This document shows positions 61,797-64,000 of a stretch of 64,000 nt of DNA, piece by piece (positions within the stretch are counted from its first letter, which is position 1; each line of letters starts with the position of its first letter). The stretch comes from Nocardioidaceae bacterium (lineage in GTDB: Bacteria > Actinomycetota > Actinomycetes > Propionibacteriales > Nocardioidaceae): assembly GCA_035557095.1 (NCBI GenBank), contig DATMEB010000132.1, positions 8,938 to 72,937 on the forward strand. The letters are read 5' to 3'. Under the pieces are notes generated by a model. That model worked only from the letters and a program-made list of their open reading frames with translations. It did no database searches and had not been told where the DNA came from. A program made the position numbers and the translations under genes.

Positions 61797-61855
61797 GAGG
61801 TCTCCTTCGTCGACGCGTCGCAGCCGGGACGCTGCGCGTGTGCGGAACTCACGCC

Positions 61856-63532
61856 CTAGGCCTCCCCGGCAAGGATGCCGAAGTACCCACCGACAAGGCC
61901 GACCACGGTCGCGATCAGCAGGATCCAGGTCGGGTTGACGCGCCGGCGGGCGAGCCAGAACGCGCCGAGTGTCGCCAGCAGCGGCAGCATGAACGGCAGG
62001 ACGTCGTCGAGGTAGTCCTGGACGTTGACCGTCGCGTCCCCGCTGGTGTACTGCAGTGCAGTCGTGATCGGGAGAAGCGTCGCGACGAGGGCGCCGACGA
62101 CGAGCAGCCCCAGCGAGGTTGCGTACTCCTTGACCCGTTCGACCTGCGCGGGGTCGAGCTTCTCGAAGAACCGGACGCCGTACCGGAAGCCGTAGTCGAG
62201 CCCGTACCACCGCATCGCCACGTGGATCATGTTGATGCCGATGATGAAGATCAACGGCCCGGCAAGGTTGCCGTTCACGGCGAGGGCCGCGGTCAGCCCG
62301 GACAGCACCGGCCGGATGGCTCCGAAGACCAGAGAGTCTCCAAGCCCTGCCAGCGGGCCCATCATGGAGACCTTGACCGCGTTGATGCTCTCGCCGTCGG
62401 TGGACTGCGGATCACGGGCGCGTTGCGACTCCATGGTTGCCGTGATGCCGAAGATCGGGCCGCACGTCCAGGGATGTGTGTTGAAGAACTGCAGGTGCCG
62501 CCGGTCGGCGGCCGCCAGCTCGGTGGGGGTGTGCCCGTGGAGCTTGCGCAGGAGCGGCTTGATGCCCCACCAGAAGCCCATGTTCTGGAAGCGCTCGTAG
62601 TTGAAGGCAGCCTGCAGGAGGAAGGACCGCCAGAACAGCTGCCGGATGTCTCGCCGGGTGACCTGTGTCCCTGCGAACGTGTCGCCACCCATGGCCGAGT
62701 CGCCGTCTGACGCCGACGACGGATGCGGAGACGGCTCGTCGTAGGCCGCTCCGGAGCCCGTCGAGGCCGCGCCCACACCGGCCGGCTGCGGCGCGGATGC
62801 CTCGGCTTGCCGGGCCCGGTGGTACAGGAACAACATGAGTGCCCCGGCGAGCAGTACCACGCCGACGACGGTGAACCCCGCGTAGGCGGCCAGGGCGAAC
62901 CCGACGAAGAACAGCGGGAAGAGCGCGCGGTTGTACAGCACGGTCAGCAGAATCCCGAAACCCACCGCGGGCAGCAGGGATGCGGCAGCGACCAGGCCGT
63001 CATTCGCCGGCCCCGAGAGTGCGTTGGTCAGAGCCCGCACTGCACTCTGACCGAAGTACAGCGCCAGGAAGGCGGGTACTGCGTAGGAGAAGAAGTGCAG
63101 GGCGTTACCAGTCCAGATGACCCCGGTGATCCCGCGGCCGTTCGCTGTCTGCGCGTAGCTGTCGGCGCGGTGTACCAGGAAGGAGCACCCGCCCTTGGCC
63201 AGCAGCTCGAAGCTGGAGGCAACGACAGCGGCAGGTACGCCGACGAGGAGGGCGGTCTGCGTGCCCCCGCCGGTCTCGATGGCGAACGACGTACCGATCA
63301 CGGTTGCGAGAACGATGTTGGGCGGGACGGCGCCGCCGATCGCGGCGGCGCCGATGAAGATCAGCTCGAAGGCGCCGCCGACGACGATGCCGGTCTGCAG
63401 GTCTCCCAGGATCAGCCCGACGATGGGCGCCAGCACGATCGGCCGTTCGAACTGGGTGTCACCGCCGATGCGCCGGGTCATGTAGGCCGCGCCGGCGATG
63501 ATGGCCAGTACGAGTGCGGTGAACGCGCTCAC
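61856..63532 (-). CDS. Fused PTS mannose-family EIIC-EIID membrane protein
   Basis: aa 1-238 are EIIC-like (hydrophobic, GGAFELIFIG). aa 239-290 are a Pro/Ser/Ala/Gly-rich linker. aa 291-558 are EIID-like (TRRDIRQLFWRSFLLQAAFNYERFQNMGFWW). One uninterrupted ORF. Confidence 0.8.
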   Translation of the reverse strand: MSAFTALVLAIIAGAAYMTRRIGGDTQFERPIVLAPIVGLILGDLQTGIVVGGAFELIFIGAAAIGGAVPPNIVLATVIGTSFAIETGGGTQTALLVGVPAAVVASSFELLAKGGCSFLVHRADSYAQTANGRGITGVIWTGNALHFFSYAVPAFLALYFGQSAVRALTNALSGPANDGLVAAASLLPAVGFGILLTVLYNRALFPLFFVGFALAAYAGFTVVGVVLLAGALMLFLYHRARQAEASAPQPAGVGAASTGSGAAYDEPSPHPSSASDGDSAMGGDTFAGTQVTRRDIRQLFWRSFLLQAAFNYERFQNMGFWWGIKPLLRKLHGHTPTELAAADRRHLQFFNTHPWTCGPIFGITATMESQRARDPQSTDGESINAVKVSMMGPLAGLGDSLVFGAIRPVLSGLTAALAVNGNLAGPLIFIIGINMIHVAMRWYGLDYGFRYGVRFFEKLDPAQVERVKEYATSLGLLVVGALVATLLPITTALQYTSGDATVNVQDYLDDVLPFMLPLLATLGAFWLARRRVNPTWILLIATVVGLVGGYFGILAGEA

Positions 63533-63963
63533 GGGCGTGTCCCTTCATCTCCGTGCGCCAGGGCCGCCCGGATCTGGCGTCCTGCGTCGACAACCCCTTC
63601 ACGCCCCCGCTGGACGGCCAGCTCGGTCAGGGCGAGGACGTCGCGGTGCTTGGCCGCCAGCAGCACCTCGATGAGCATCGGCAGGTTGACACCGGTCACC
63701 ACCTCTGCGCGCCCATGAGCGGCGAGCGTTGCGGCCACCTTGGCCGGCGTGCCGCCGGGTAGGTCGGCCAAGAAGAGCACCCGCTGGTCGTCGCCGGCGT
63801 CGGCCAGCAGCTCCTCGACGACCCGCTCGAGGTCTTCGGGAGACATGCCGGGCTCGAAGGCGACCGGGCGGGCCTGGTCGACCTGCCCGCAGATCATCGC
63901 CGCGCTGTCCAGAAGGCCCTGAGCCAGGTGCCCGTGCGTGAGGACGACTACGAGGTTGGGCAT
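63529..63963 (-). CDS. PTS mannose-family EIIA component
   Basis: MPNLVVVLTHGHLAQGLLDSAAMI has the EIIA-Man His-10 context. Also DLPGGTP and NLPMLIE. 4-nt overlap with the EIICD gene. Confidence 0.85.
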   Translation of the reverse strand: MPNLVVVLTHGHLAQGLLDSAAMICGQVDQARPVAFEPGMSPEDLERVVEELLADAGDDQRVLFLADLPGGTPAKVAATLAAHGRAEVVTGVNLPMLIEVLLAAKHRDVLALTELAVQRGREGVVDAGRQIRAALAHGDEGTRP

Positions 63964-64000
63964 GGGCGTCGCCTACTGCTCACCGTCGGAGGCCGGTGTG

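Noticed and set aside
1-64000. Search for CRISPR arrays, tRNA/rRNA genes, IS elements, integrases, prophage, toxin-antitoxin or known defence-system genes, and long direct repeats
   Set aside because: None was seen. There are no repeat-spacer periodicity, no transposase-, integrase-, nuclease- or helicase-like translations, and no cloverleaf-like segments in the short intergenic regions. The window reads as core or accessory catabolic DNA. I therefore do not claim a mobile or defence system.
63964-64000. Possible 3' end of another minus-strand gene upstream of the EIIA gene
   Set aside because: Only 37 nt are visible and the frame cannot be determined.

Overview
High-GC, Actinomycetota-like chromosomal window with about 60 tightly packed protein-coding genes. 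I found no rRNA, tRNA, CRISPR array, transposase, integrase or recognisable defence genes. All calls come from reading the translations (motifs and family resemblance) and the DNA; no database search was possible.

The window is an amide, N-heterocycle and peptide catabolic island. It has many transporters and eight regulators (IclR, 2x RpiR/MurR, a tandem Lrp/AsnC, 3x FadR-type GntR, TetR). Many gene junctions are 4-nt ATGA/GTGA stop-start overlaps, which defines the operons. Main blocks:

- 1-7316: IclR, then a NitT/TauT-type ABC ATPase with two permeases, an ion-transporter-superfamily permease, a D-aminoacylase and an N-carbamoyl-D-amino-acid hydrolase.
- 7358-13105: a sodium:solute symporter (SSS), two COG1228-type amidohydrolases and a HAD hydrolase, divergent from an RpiR regulator.
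- 13255-18740: tandem Lrp/AsnC, hydantoin racemase, an exported anchored protein, an unlisted 56-aa membrane micro-ORF, an SSS symporter and an M19 dipeptidase.
- 18895-25488: a coupled operon of MFS transporter, GntR, ICL/PEPM-type lyase, dihydropyrimidinase/hydantoinase, isochorismatase-fold amidase and an FAD flavoprotein. This is my best candidate for an undescribed pathway.
- 25485-32086: NRAMP transporter, 2-hydroxyacid dehydrogenase, RraA-like protein, GntR, DapA-like protein and a ThDP enzyme. The two promoter regions share a TGGTATACC box.
- 32117-39401: an OpuC/OsmU-type ABC operon headed by an amidohydrolase, divergent from a CocE/NonD hydrolase and a GntR regulator.
- 39724-42945: a DrrAB-like exporter, TetR with two perfect palindromic operators, and a RibD_C-like protein.
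- 42969-48563: an Ssu-like ABC system, an NtaA/DszA-type monooxygenase and a HAL/PAL-family protein whose MIO triad is disrupted.
- 48942-56674: RpiR, ABC system, amidohydrolase_2, an ornithine-cyclodeaminase-like protein and a secreted CocE/NonD hydrolase.
- 56789-63963: an Aga-like mannose-family PTS cluster (IIA, fused IIC-IID, IIB, AgaZ-like, AgaS-like, BadF-type kinase, EamA).

The very long ORFs antisense to real genes are treated as GC-driven shadow ORFs.
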